DNA from: Antedon mediterranea
Taxonomy: Eukaryota; Animalia; Echinodermata
Length of the DNA stretch: 64,000 nucleotides
Assembly: GCF_964355755.1 (NCBI RefSeq)
Contig: NC_092679.1
Span: 5,610,201 to 5,674,200 of the forward strand
Direction: 5' to 3'
The translations under genes and the position numbers were made by a program. The notes under the pieces were generated by a model. The model searched no databases, was not told the DNA's origin, and saw only the letters and a program-made list of their open reading frames with translations. This document shows positions 29,644-42,465 of the stretch, one piece after another; position 1 is the stretch's first letter; each line of letters begins with the position of its first letter.

Positions 29644-30418
29644 ATGAATAGGATTTTGGTATGTTTTGATGTTTACTCTTCGACCAATATCTAGTTTATG
29701 AATACAATATTTAAAAAATTGATTAGGCAATCACAGGTTTTGCGGGTCTCGCCCTATACAGATGTAGCAGTCTAGGCCTAAACTACCAGTTTGGTGCTCT
29801 CCATACATGGTCTGCGTGGCGGAGTTGGTCTGGTTCTGGCAGGTTGTCTCACAGTGGCCGGTATAGGCCTAGCATTCCTGAAATCTTTTCTTTCCTAGAA
29901 CGGCTTAGATAACGTCATTAATTTATTAATTTCAATAATCTAAATAAATTACTAGTAGGCCTAGATTACTAGCCTGTCTTTCAATTCCTATAAAAATTGA
30001 ATTGTAGAAAAATTATTTGTGTTTTTTTACAGAGCGCAAGGAGTCTTATTCCTCGTGCAAGGGCCAACCTATCGACATCTTCTAAATGTTTTGATATTGC
30101 TAAAGTTAAGAGAAATCAAATACGTTTCCAGGTAAATAAATATAATTTATTAATGAAGCCAAAAATACTTTAAAATGGAATTTAACTTATTTTTATTGAC
30201 ACAAAATCAGTAACAGACAGACAGGGTTTTTAAATGCGAGTTTTAAAATATATTTTAATTACTTGATTCATTTAACTTCACAGGAAAATAATGGTAAACC
30301 AATACATCTAAAGGGTGGTCCCATGGACCTAACCTTCACGTACCTCACCATGGCTTTTACATTTGGCTCGGCCTGTTATGCTTTTTATGGTTTATCCCAA
30401 CTAATTATGAAGAAATAG
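29644..30418 (+). CDS. COX7A: Cytochrome c oxidase subunit 7A (COX7A1/2-type), 82 aa
   Basis: Exons 29644-29658 (MNRIL), 30033-30131 (SARSLIPRARANLSTSSKCFDIAKVKRNQIRFQ), 30284-30418 (ENNGKPIHLKGGPMDLTFTYLTMAFTFGSACYAFYGLSQLIMKK*). Arg/Ser-rich presequence, FQxxxGxPIHLKGG motif, single TM. Confidence 0.85.
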
Positions 30419-30504
30419 ACACTGCTTGATACACATAGATTTGATTTGTTCTACAATTATTAGCTGTTTATAAAAAAAAATTGTTTTGCTGTTTACTGAT
30501 TCAG

Positions 30505-30669
30505 AGTTCGAAAAATTATGGGGCGCATGAACAACCTAGCAAATTGGAGGCGATGGGAAGAAATTTATATAGCTTGACACTTGTTGTTCTAACTGCATCA
30601 CTCGGTGTAACTATGTTCTATCTCAACTACGGAAAGAAGAAAACAGAAACACAGAAAGTTGTAAAATGA
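30505..30669 (+). CDS. Candidate alternative terminal exon of the COX7A gene encoding a different single-TM C-terminus
   Basis: Acceptor tttgctgtttactgattcag; phase-0 open frame of 54 aa SSKNYGAHEQPSKLEAMGRNLYSLTLVVLTASLGVTMFYLNYGKKKTETQKVVK*. Confidence 0.5.
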   Translation, partial: SSKNYGAHEQPSKLEAMGRNLYSLTLVVLTASLGVTMFYLNYGKKKTETQKVVK

Positions 30670-31168
30670 TTATAATACGACGATGTACAAAACTTGAATT
30701 ACCAACATCAAAAATGCTCTTGAACAATTTACACAAACTAAATGGAAAGAAGCAATAATGGAAAACAACTGACTCATACTTCAGATCAAGCATAAAAAAA
30801 AAACATTCATCTGCGATTTTTTCACCAAAGGACAAATTGAACGAAGCATAATTATCGTTAATAGATTACTAGAATTGTGAACTAATAAACTTCAATAAGT
30901 TCCAACAAACTGTATCTTCCTCATACAGCTCTACATACCTGTATAAAGCATGTTCTGTGTTTAATCAATTACAAATTTAATTTTACAATAGGGCTAAATA
31001 ATAATTTAATAAAGATTAATCAAATAGAGACAATAAAAAAACAAAGCTGCTTATTGGTTGAATGTGAAAAAGAATAAAATAAAGAGTTTCTTTACAATTT
31101 AAATTGCATTGTTTTGTGTTTTATTCAACTACAGTTAGAACTCCTATTAATGAAATACCTTGTGGAAC

Positions 31169-31222
31169 CAGGGAAGAGTTAAATTACAATTTAACTCTTT
31201 AATTTAATTTAACTCTTCCCTG
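31169..31222. mobile_element. 54-bp hairpin insertion with 7-bp TSD (putative P-element-type excision footprint), inside an old Tc1-like MITE (~31131-31352)
   Basis: gtggaac|cagggaagagttaaatta...taatttaactcttccctg|gtggaac; 18-bp perfect arms and filler that copies the arm. Confidence 0.65.
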
Positions 31223-32760
31223 GTGGAACCAAGATACTATCTTGGTTCCGTGTCCCTTGAATAGAAATTTCCCATAGTGTTAATAGATTGTCTCTGCATT
31301 TATTTCACGTGGAAGTGTCCCCTTAATAGGGTTTCTCAAAGGAGGGGCTCTATACTAACTACTATTGTAACGTACTGATGATACAGTACTATACTCTCTT
31401 GGTAACACATGGGTTTTGGTCACTCGCACAACTATCACTATTCATTTTAAGTTGAAAATTCGAGCCAAAAACAACAGGTTTACGTAATTAACAGGTAAAT
31501 TAATTTGATTATATTTCGTCTGGAAAATCGTCGCGAGCGAAAGTAAACAAAGATTTCAAACCACGAGTATGCATTATGCATGATGCTAATTAGGATTGTT
31601 TACAACTCATCACGGGTGAAAATGTGTTTTCATACAGATCTCAAGGAAGTTTTATGATTATGCATACAGAGTAGCCAAACAAGCGCGTTGCATTATGAGA
31701 TATGTTTTGATCAAAAACTTTGAATGAAAGTCAAAGTTATTTTTTGAACAAAAAAAACGTCTGTATTTCAGTTAAATGATTTGTTTTTCGACTAATTTTT
31801 GGTGAAAGTTAATAACTATTATGATACTTCAAAATGACCCACTTTTTTCGAAATCTTTTTTTTTTTTTAATTAGTCAAAGGGACAATACATCTTTAATCA
31901 TATAATAACCATTAACGTTATAGAAGCCGATGGTTGGAAAGAAGAACCATTGTAAATTGACAGACTACAGCGTAAGATTAAACAGCAGTCAACAATACCG
32001 CGCACAATTTACCGGCGGTCAGGGTATTTTTATTAATTTTTTGTAGATTTATAATGTTTCTGAACATTGCATTTTGCCGGGGATTCCCTACACCCTCTTC
32101 ATATCCTTACGTCCGTAATATTGGGCCGAATTTCCGTAGTAAATTAAAGCACGTCGAAATAAGTCCGTGTTCAATTGCTTCTTTCTGCAAATTTCGATCA
32201 TATTTTCTTTTCTCTGGATTGAGGTTTAAGCAATATTGTTAGTCGCAAAATCGCGTGTGTTTTACCGGCGGGATAGACCTCAATGGTGGATAAATAGCAA
32301 AAAAAACCATTTTGTATGAAATTAAGTGTGTTGCTTGTGGTCCGCCTTGCCAAATCGCTTCATTAAAACATAGCAACAACAAAAAAGAATCGTAATCCAG
32401 TCACTAATGTGCTTGTTACCAATATTATTGTTTCCTTATGAATACAGTAATATATTGTTTTTATGGCTCTTCACTACCAAGCCAGGTAATACACAGGGGA
32501 ATGTATAATAGGGGTCATAAATGGTACACGATAGAATATTATAGTTGCAATGGCCTACTACTAATGTTCTCCCCTATGATCCGTTGCATTCGTCGGACAT
32601 TTTTGGTATCATGAACCTATGAATTTTAATTTATCAGACATTGAATTATGTATCATCAGTGAATGAATAGTGTGTAAATAAAAATCAGTGACCCGCTTCA
32701 GATAAAGAAAAGGTTCTGTATACAGGACCCTATTGATACGCAAATCACACCTTGTGTATA

Positions 32761-32774
32761 GCTACCATAGCAAC
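32761..32774. promoter_or_regulatory. RFX X-box-like site upstream of ANKEF1
   Basis: GCTACCATAGCAAC about 500 bp upstream of the ATG; similar GCAACCATAGCAAC at ~33863. Confidence 0.45.
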
Positions 32775-33272
32775 AGTGATCACAATTGACGTTAAGTACT
32801 AGACGAATGGTGGGTCGTGGTAATAATGCGATCGAAGTTCACAATCAATTCTAGACAGGAAAAATATACAGCATAGTGTACTCGTGTCCTATCATATTTA
32901 AATTTAATGACGCTGAATGAAACAGAAGTATTTAATTTGTCTCCAGGAAGCTACAGCAGACGTTATAAGAATGAAAAGGTGCAATTTGTAACGTCGTCGT
33001 CACGTCGGCCTACAACCGGTAACATTCTGTTTTTATCGTGTATATGGAAAACAACCTGTTGTATCGTCTCTGTAGATAGATATTTTACGAAGCAGGTGTT
33101 TTGAGAAAAATGTTTCAATAACGAACGCAAAATTACTATTTTTTACCCATAAATCATCTGGATTCTGTGGAGTGTACAAGGGTAGTGACGGGGGAGAATA
33201 TTTGTTGAACTCACGTGGTCGTTTTAGGAGAAATGTTTCTTGTTTGCTGTCTACAAAACTACAAAAAGTAAA

Positions 33273-36200
33273 ATGCCAGTTGCTCAGACAAGATTGGAGG
33301 TTCTCCAAATACATAAACTCTTGCAGTGCGTTCGCACCAAGGACACTGATCAGATAGAAAAGCTCTGTTCACACGGGGTACAGCATCTAATCAACTATAG
33401 TGAACCCAATGAAGGAGATACTGCGATTCATTTGGCTGCCAAGGCTAACGATGAAGACATGACGAGGTTCTTATTGTCACTTGGGGCTCACCCTAATGTC
33501 ACGGATCTTAAGGGACGGACGGCAGCAATGAGGGCTGCAGAGTATGGCCATATACAGACACTAGACATCTTATGCAACGCCACTTCAGATATGAAGATTA
33601 AAGACATTGATGGCAAAGGTAATAAATATACTATTTTAAATACTATTGGCCTACTTTCCTCATAGTATAACCCCTAGGAGACACATTTTGGACCAACAAA
33701 CATTTCCTCTTGACCAAGGGTTGCTTGTAGATAACATCGACCGTGACACTATAGTTCTTTTCACAGTCCTTTCAATGAGGGGTGTCCAGGAATAGTTATT
33801 GAATCAACAAAACAATGTTACAAAGAATATAAGTACTGTTCGATATTAATTCAACATAACATACATGTTTAGAAATACAGCAGCCTTTATAACCAACAAC
33901 AGTCAAAATAAAAATTGCGTATGCAACCATAGCAACATAGCAATCAAATTAAGCCTAACAAAACAGTAAGTGATGTAGAATACTAACGGACATAATAATG
34001 CAATCCAATAACACCTCTAGACATTCAATACAATTTAAATAGGATATTAAATAACGATTATAACTTATGTTATATACAGTGCAATGCTGGTATTAAAAAC
34101 AGCAGTTAAAAAGACGATAATAATGATACATCTGCTAGCTAATTTCACCGTGTAGTCATGGTGATTATTCACTGAATTACTAAAAAAATAAAAATGGTGG
34201 ACTTTGTAACAAATTGAACTTGAGAGATGTGGTCATTCAGACGTGTTTCATTGAATATGTTTAATGTAATATTTATATAGCACCTTGTACAACAAGGTAG
34301 GAGATACCGCAAAGAACGTTCAAACAATGACTGAATTACAGTAGTCTAATTTGGTTCCCACTTGGACGCAACGCAAGCACGTACGTACGTAAGAACACCA
34401 CACTTTGACCAATCAAGACGCGCTGGATCCACTCTGCGCCTTTCCACAACACTGCGTTGCGTCCAATATTAACCCAGCTTAACAATACAGTATAATTCCT
34501 CCCTTGGGTTACGTCATGTCCACTGTCTATTCCTTTCCACCTATTGCTACTGTCTATAGCCTATACACGGAAAGTATTTGGTTTTTTAAAAAGTACAGTG
34601 ATGTGTAACAAAACTGGACCTTAAAGTTAACCCCTTATTCACCAGAGGAACCAATAAAGGTGTCGTTTATTATTGTTTCTGATAGTTTCTAATACTGCAG
34701 ACTAAATGTCTTCTTCCTATATAGGTATCCTATTCTATTGTATTTTACCGACAAGTCGACATGTTAGATGTACGGAGATGGTGATCAAGCATGGTGCAGA
34801 GTGCGACAGTAAATCCAACAATGGTACTCCAGTGTTTATGTTGGCCTGCGAAGAAGCTCTAGAAAACCAAGAAATATGCCTACTGCTCCTGGATCATAAT
34901 GCTGACGCTGAATGTCAACATAAGGTTTGTGTTCAGGATGATAAAAACAGTTTACTCGTAAAAATAAAGACTCATTCAAAAACTATCACATTCGAATTAA
35001 TTCAATTGTTTATGACGTCTTATAAAAAAGACCAGACAACCGTAGTTAATAATGGATTTAGTGAAGGAGGCCAACGAAGTCCTTCGTTGCGTCATAGTAC
35101 GCGGGAAACATGCTTTGATAATACATTAAGTCGAATCCAGTCTTCTTTATGTTTGTCGTAATGTTCTTCTCCCGCCTTAAAAGATTAACCTACTATCAAA
35201 CACCTATCCCCATGAAACAAAAACTTGAGTCGATAATCGCATGATGATGATATTATAATGATCTCAAAAGCGAATGTTAATACACTCTCTACGTTTGTTT
35301 AATGTAGTTCTTGTTAAATATCGATAAAGTGGGCCCAACAAAAGACAACATACATAACAAACTAAACATCTTAATAGTCTTCCATGAATTTAACATGAAT
35401 ACGATGCCTTAAGTGTGGTTCCCACTATAGGATACAACGTAAGGACGTAAATGCAACGCTAGCGAATTGACTAATGACACGCGACAGTTGGAATAATTCA
35501 TCGCCTGTGATCAAATTGTTTGCGTTGCGCTTACACGTCCTTGCGGTTAAAATTTTAAGCCAGTTATTTATTAAAACATATTTAGGCAGGATAACATAAT
35601 TCAGAAAAGAAAAGCCATACAACACATTAATGTTTTGTAATACTAATACCGCATATTTTTCTTTTGTAGAATTCAGGCCGTACAGCCCTAATGGCCGCAG
35701 CGTCAAGCGGGAGTATTCCAGTAGTCAAACAAATACTCCAAAAGGGAGGCCATGTAAATGCGGTGGATAAGGACAAATGCACCGCCGCCCACCTGGCGGC
35801 CAAGAAGGGTCACTTTGACATTTTAAAGGTGCTATCGTCTTTCAATGCTGATCTGGGTACGGTTGACGTCATTGGTAATACGCCGATACATTTTGCAGCG
35901 GCCGGTGGTTTTGCTAATTGCTGCAAGTTTTTAAGTCAACGTGGTAAGCTTATGCTTTTAAGATGTTTTTGCTCTGCTGCCAAATGGTCGACAACAGGCT
36001 TGCTTCTTCCCACTAAAGCTTGGTTCCCACTAGAACGTAACGCAAGGACGTAAACGCAACGCAACGCAAGCGTTTTAACCAATGACAAGCGAAGTTATAG
36101 ACAGTTAGCAATCACAAGCGAATAAGCCATCGCTTGTGATTGGTCAATTCGCTTGCGTTGCGTTTACGTCCTTGCGTTACGTTCTAGTGGGAACCAAGCT

Positions 36201-39200
36201 TTAGGACGCAAATCAATGACGTGGCGCATGCTAGTTGATCATCCCAATCTACTATTTATACTATTATAACTATATAAACTTAGGAACAAGTGTGATTGTA
36301 GCTTAAACCATCTGATTGGTCAAATCACTTGCACTGTGCTTACTTTCTTGTGTTGCTTGGGAACCTATAGCTTTAGTTGTCTGCCCTTTGCTTCGTTTTC
36401 ATAATTGTAAAATATTATTTCAATCAAAATTATTCTAATGCGTTGATCTAGTATTGTTTTTGTTGAACAGGTTGTCGGGCAAATACAAAAAATGACGATG
36501 GTATGCTTCCAAAGGTATTGGCAAAAAACAGTGAATCAAAAGAAGCTATGAAAGAATGTCGCAAGGCTGAAAAACTTTCAAAGAAAATACAAGGAGGTGG
36601 GAAGCCACCCACAGAACCATGGGCCATCAGGCTTTATGACTGGAGTATTGAACGACAGACTACTCTCAAAGACAGGTTTGAGGACCTTGATAAAGACGAT
36701 GAACAGAGAATTACAAGGGAACAGTTTCTCGAGGTATTGAATGATCTAGACGCTCCTGTTGACGAAGAAGATTTTAAAACTTTGTACCTTGCGCACGATA
36801 AAAATAAAGAAGGTTTTATAAATTACAGTGAGTTTCTATCAGGAAAGAAATACGTTCACAAAACGTACTTAATGTCTGCGTTTGAGAAAAAAGAAAAGAA
36901 AGGCAAAAAAGGAAAGAAGGGAAAGAAAAAGAAAGGAAAAACTAAAGTACCGATGCCAATATGTATCGGTCCGAATGGAGAGAGAACCGAGTTTGGTGAG
37001 CCTCCAGAACATCTCATATCTCGGCACGTTCCTTTTACTGATACGGGGAGGTTCACAAGAGACGTGCCACCAGACCATCCTATTCAGGATGATTCGGCTT
37101 GGTATCTGCACACTCCTGACAAGACGTATATCAACTTAAACGAAGCTGCTAAATTGGGAGATTGTGAAAGCTTGAGTATTGCTTACAATAAAGGGAGGCC
37201 GATTGACACTCGGGATAAATATTATAAGACACCATTGATGGTGGCATGTGCACAGGGCAATAAGACAATGGCACAATTTCTACTTGATAGGGGGTAAGTA
37301 GTAATTGGCGCTAATAAACCTTGGTTCCCACTAGCCACTCGACGCAATGACGTTAGACGCAAGCGAGTGATCGCTTGTGATTGATCATAAAGCTTGGTTC
37401 CCACTAGCAACGCAACGTAACGCAATCTACGCAACGTAAGAAAATGCCCATCCAATAATTGTCTTTGCACCCGCCTGCGTGAAATCAAATCTGTGATGTT
37501 TGCAGCACTATTGCGTCGTCGGTTCTCACTTGCGATTACGCAATACAGAACTTTGCGTCAATACGTCGTATAGCGTTGCGTTACGTTGCGTCCTAGTGGG
37601 AACCACACTTAATTACTTACGTTGCGTTACGTCCTTTTCGTCTAGCATAGAACGCTTGTCTACAACAGAGATATTACGGGTTCAAAGCCGTTTATGTATC
37701 ACAGTTTAATAAACGGAAATTGGGAATCACCTGGATACCACCAGTCTCATGGTCTGGTTTAAATCTCTCTTTTTTCATTGTCGTATCGGACCGTTTTCTT
37801 CTAGCCAAGGCAGTGCCACTATCTATTAAACCTCTAACGAGAAAACCATAAGTTGTTACTAATCTTGTAATCGACGATATTTGCTCTTAAGTTTGGTTCC
37901 TACTAGGACGCAACTCAAGGAAGTAATTTGACCAATACCAGGCGATGGATTATTCAAACCGTCGTTTGTCATTGGTCAACTCGCATGCTTGCGGAGAACC
38001 AAGCTTTAGAAACCTGGTCCTATCAAAGATTCTTCCATGGTTCTAATATTATACCTCCTAGCCAGCAGTGAGCTGGGTCTATACGTTCAAAACAAACACT
38101 GACTAACTACCGTACATTATTAATTAAAATCGGGTTACTTAATCGATTGAAACACCAATCAACAATAACGATATACCTCATTGACACTGTTTAATGAACA
38201 AACGTTCTATATGAGGAAATATTACATAGATTAGATTGAATTAAAGTGAGCTTTGAAAAAGCAGAAAGATCGATATACTTATATTATAATGGCGATAGGT
38301 AACAATAACCTGTCAATATCTTATTTCCTGTTCTCATCGAACATTGACATTTAATATGCAACAGTCGATGTGTTGTTATTACTATGGTTACCATGTTTAA
38401 TGTCCTTTTATAGGACGGCTGCGCGGAACAAGAACGACGACCATCATTTTTATTAATGCGAACGCATACTTAACTCACTTTCTTTTTTCTTCTTTTTTTT
38501 TATTAATACAGAGCCAATGTGAATGCGTGCGACAATTTTAAATGGACGCCATTGCATCACGCAACGTTATCGGGACAACTCGATCTTGTGATAATGATGT
38601 TAGAAAAAGGGGCGGATATCAACGCACGGGCAATGAACGGTGGAACAGCACTCATGAGGGCCATTCAAATATCAAGCCCTGAAATTACCAAGTACCTCAT
38701 TGATCAAGGATGCAATGTAGAGATTGAAAACAGAAAAGGTAGAAACATTTTTTAGTGCTGCATAACTGTCTAACACATTTCGCCAGTGACCTCACTTGGA
38801 CACAATGTCGACGCGAGCGTACAAAACAACATACCATGCTCATCACCATTTAAACGCGCGTGTAAACATAGCTAATTAGCAGCTTACCTTAAAGATCGTC
38901 GAATAATGTGTCATCATACGTCATTTCGATCCGTTTCCAGTTTACACGCAATGTTTGTCGTTCCGGGCGTGCCATACATATTCAGATGTTGCTAACCAAA
39001 CATACTATGTCCACATGACATACTCATTATCATGGTCAACAATATCATCATTATATTTGGGCGAATTAATGAGATTGTTGTTTATTATTATTCAATAGGC
39101 GATACGGCACTTGATATTGCAAAATGGTGGGCTGATCCTAGGGTTTTACAGATCGTGCAGGAGAAGTTTGATAGTCTGCCAAAGCCGAAAGACGGCGGGA

Positions 39201-39811
39201 AAAAGAAAAAGGGAAAGAAAAGTGCAAAAGGCGGGAAAAAGGGACAAACACGGTCAAGCTCAGTACCTCCATTGCCTCAAGGGGGACTGACAGCCCAACA
39301 GACGGTAAGTTTTGAAAATTCACTTTAATACGACAATAGACCTGCGACCTGTATGCGATAGTTGTTGGCGAGGGGCAGGGGCAGGGGTGCACTGTTTCCT
39401 TTATTGTCGATACGCCTACAACATGCTAACGTAAGACTATACGGTTCTCGGTTTGTGCATAACTGTAGCATTTTGTGAATACCAATCCAGCAGACATTTC
39501 CAATTAAACATCTTATCTCATTTCAGTTTATGGATCAATCACCAAACCACAGTCCTCGCGAGAGGAAGGGGTCAGTACTACGTGCGGCATCCGCCATGGC
39601 TGCGGGTATCGAACATGTTGAAGATATTACGTACGTCCCTCTTAAAATATGGACTCACCAAGCTAATACACGCGAACTACTTGTCAAGAAAGAACAAAAA
39701 CGAATGCGATTTGGTGACGGTGTCGACTTTCCCGATTTCAAAATGCCACTCAGACAACATTTTATGAAAAGATCAGAGGAACTTGGAGGCATAGATTCAG
39801 AAGATGATTAA
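33273..39811 (+). CDS. ANKEF1: Ankyrin repeat and EF-hand domain-containing protein 1
   Basis: Exons 33273-33618, 34725-34924, 35670-35943, 36471-37293, 38512-38738, 39099-39304, 39527-39811 join in frame. N-terminus MPVAQTRLEVLQIHKLLQCVRTKD and GKGILFYCILPT match recalled ANKEF1; ankyrin repeats, EF-hand loop DKNKEGFINYSEF, KKGKKGKK tract. Confidence 0.93.
36017..36200. mobile_element. Family A MITE, near-perfect palindrome, nested in an older copy
   Basis: agcttggttcccactagaacgtaacgcaaggacgtaaacgcaac...gttgcgtttacgtccttgcgttacgttctagtgggaaccaagct. Confidence 0.85.
37317..37640. mobile_element. Nested family A MITEs (inner copy 37391-37609 with TAA TSD)
   Basis: Outer cttggttcccactag is interrupted by TAA|agcttggttcccactag...ctagtgggaaccacact|TAA. 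Confidence 0.75.
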
Positions 39812-40507
39812 ATTTGGGGTAAATCTTTGAATAATTGCGCCCATAACATCATCACAGAAACTTTAAACTAAGACGAAACGCAAGGACGGACATAAGCGCA
39901 ACACATGTGGTTTGACCAATCACGGCGCGATGTATTAACGTACGAATCGTTGTACTGTACTTATAAATCGTATACGATCATTGTGATGTGACTGTAACAA
40001 TCCGAAAATGTACTGTATAACATTAGCCAAGAACTATCGTCTTAATATTTAAAAGCCGTGTTCACACTGCTCCAATCTCTTTATCGTTAACCAGCTCCGA
40101 CCTAACTCCGATACGTTTAACACGTTTTAAAGTCAAACTGACTGAAGCACTATATTAACTCCGATAGCGATTAAGCATATACCGTTTGAACAAACAGTAG
40201 ATGAAGTTGGCAAGGCGATTTATTAAAACCATTTTTGGTTCTGTGTTATAATCTAAACAGCTTTATTTAAAAAAAACTATTGTGTTTCGAATTCCTGTTA
40301 TACGTTACCACTTTGTCAAAATAGAAGAGTGGGCCCTCTGTGTTGAAATATAAATCATTTATTTTACGAATTTATTAGGGAAAACCAGACGACGGAGAAA
40401 TACAGTAGTTAAAAACACCCACCGCCAATTTATACATTATATTGTTTAATGTACAATAAAACATAATTTAAAAACTATACCTTGTCGTTCTTTTGGTTAA
40501 AGACTTA

Positions 40508-40662
40508 AGCCTTGTCTACACTATCAAACTTTATGTGACAAAAATGTGATGTGCCCATATATGACATGATGTCATATCACTACCATATTTGGAAATATCA
40601 TTACCATATTTGGGCTCATCACTCTTTTTTTGTCAAACTAGTTTGATAGTGTAGACAGAGCT
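40508..40662. mobile_element. Family B MITE
   Basis: tgtctacactatcaaact ... agtttgatagtgtagacagagct. Confidence 0.8.
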
Positions 40663-40732
40663 TTAGGGAGCATCTGCAGTCTATAAATCACCACCATGCG
40701 ATGATAAATACACGGTTTTTAAAACATGCTTT

Positions 40733-40880
40733 TTTACACTACGCAATGGATATTGAATGCGAGTTTTACAACAATAAGAATGACAGTTTACACTACGCAA
40801 TGAATATTGAATGCGAGTTTTACAACAATAAGAATGACAGTTTACACTACGCAATAGATATTGAATGCGAGTTTTGCAAT
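40733..40880. repeat. 54-bp tandem repeat, about 2.7 copies
   Basis: ttacactacgcaat...tattgaatgcgagttttacaacaataagaatgacagt repeated. Confidence 0.85.
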
Positions 40881-41168
40881 TAGAATTATAGTGCTTTTTT
40901 CAGTCCATATAGGCCTATACTCTTATGACATGAGCACACACATTTGTGACCCAACAACGCATCAAACAAAAGTTTACATACAAAAATAGTACTACTTTTT
41001 TTTTCAATAAGCATTTTATTTTTTGTTTCTACGAGAAAGGAAAATAATAATAATAATAATATAAACACTTTAACACTTCGGTAGCTAGTCACAACACTAA
41101 GTGCTATTAGACCTATAGATAGTTACAAGCGTCAACTGTGTTTCCAATACCTGGGTAAAGTACCATTA

Positions 41169-41645
41169 AGCGTGGTTCCCACTAGCGATGCAACGCAAGG
41201 ACGTAACGCAACGCAAGTAAATTGAGCAATCACAAGCGATGATTGCTAACTGTCTATAACTTAAAACTCTTGCGTTGCGTTTACGTCCTTGCGTTACGTT
41301 CTAGGGGAAACCAAGCTTTATCAAACTAGAAACGCAATATCGCGTTTTAATAATAATGGTGAACATAGAACAAAATCGTCACAATATCAATTTAAACGCA
41401 TTATCGCGTTGCAGATTGAATGGTGGAACATAAAACATTGCAACAATCATTTTAAAACGTATTCGTGTTACGTGGTGACTGACAAGCTTGGTTCCCACTA
41501 GAACGTAACGCAAGACGTTTTAACCAATGACAAGCGAAGTTATAGCCAGTTAGCAATCACAAGCGAATAAGCCATCGCTTGTGATTGGTCAATTCACTTG
41601 CGTTGCGTTACGTCCTTGTGTTGCGTCGCTAATGGGAACCACGCT
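41169..41645. mobile_element. Two family A MITE copies (41169-41317, 41485-41645)
   Basis: Same TIRs and internal motifs as 13204-13382. Confidence 0.8.
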
Positions 41646-42465
41646 TAACAAACAACATAACATCGGTTATTAAAATATCAATTTAAACGCATTGTTGCGT
41701 TACCGTACCGTCATGTCATGTATAATAGATTATTTTAAAAACGCAACATTGCGTTACCAGTCTAGTGAAATATAATGTTCTACAGGCATCAATGGTGAAA
41801 CTTAATATGTAGGCCTACACTCATCGTAGTTTTTTTGGCAGAACATATTTTCCATGTTGTGGTGTTATAGGACATTGAATTAGGGCGGTTACTTGTCATC
41901 AATAATATATCAAGTGTGTGTTTGGGAATACTAAAACAGTGATTGAATTTGACAATTAATATATTAATTATAATAATAATAATAATTAATGAACAATTAA
42001 AAGCGATTAAACAGATACCATAAACTATACCATAACATAATCATTAGAGTAGTCATTAATAACCATTTACAATTAAGCTAAGAGAAACACCCTTAAAATC
42101 TACACATTCTTCTACAAATTCTTAAATATGTATTGAAATATCTCACTTAAGTGGTAAATAAGTTATTTGTAGCCATGGGACTAAAATATCTTTTTTAAAG
42201 GCCTTTAAACATTTTGATTATATACACAATAATAAAATAAGTGAAAATATTTAATATTAACAACGAATTAATTATTACAGTAGCATTATATTGTACATAA
42301 TGTTTAATAAGTATTTCATAGCAGTATTATATTCCCATAATTTATACATTACATTCTCTTCTTTGGTAGTCTTTGAAATTAAAGTTTTAAGGTGAAATCA
42401 GAACAGTTTTATTTACAATAAATAATAAAGAAAGTTCTTTCATCAAACTACAGTACAGTATTCAT

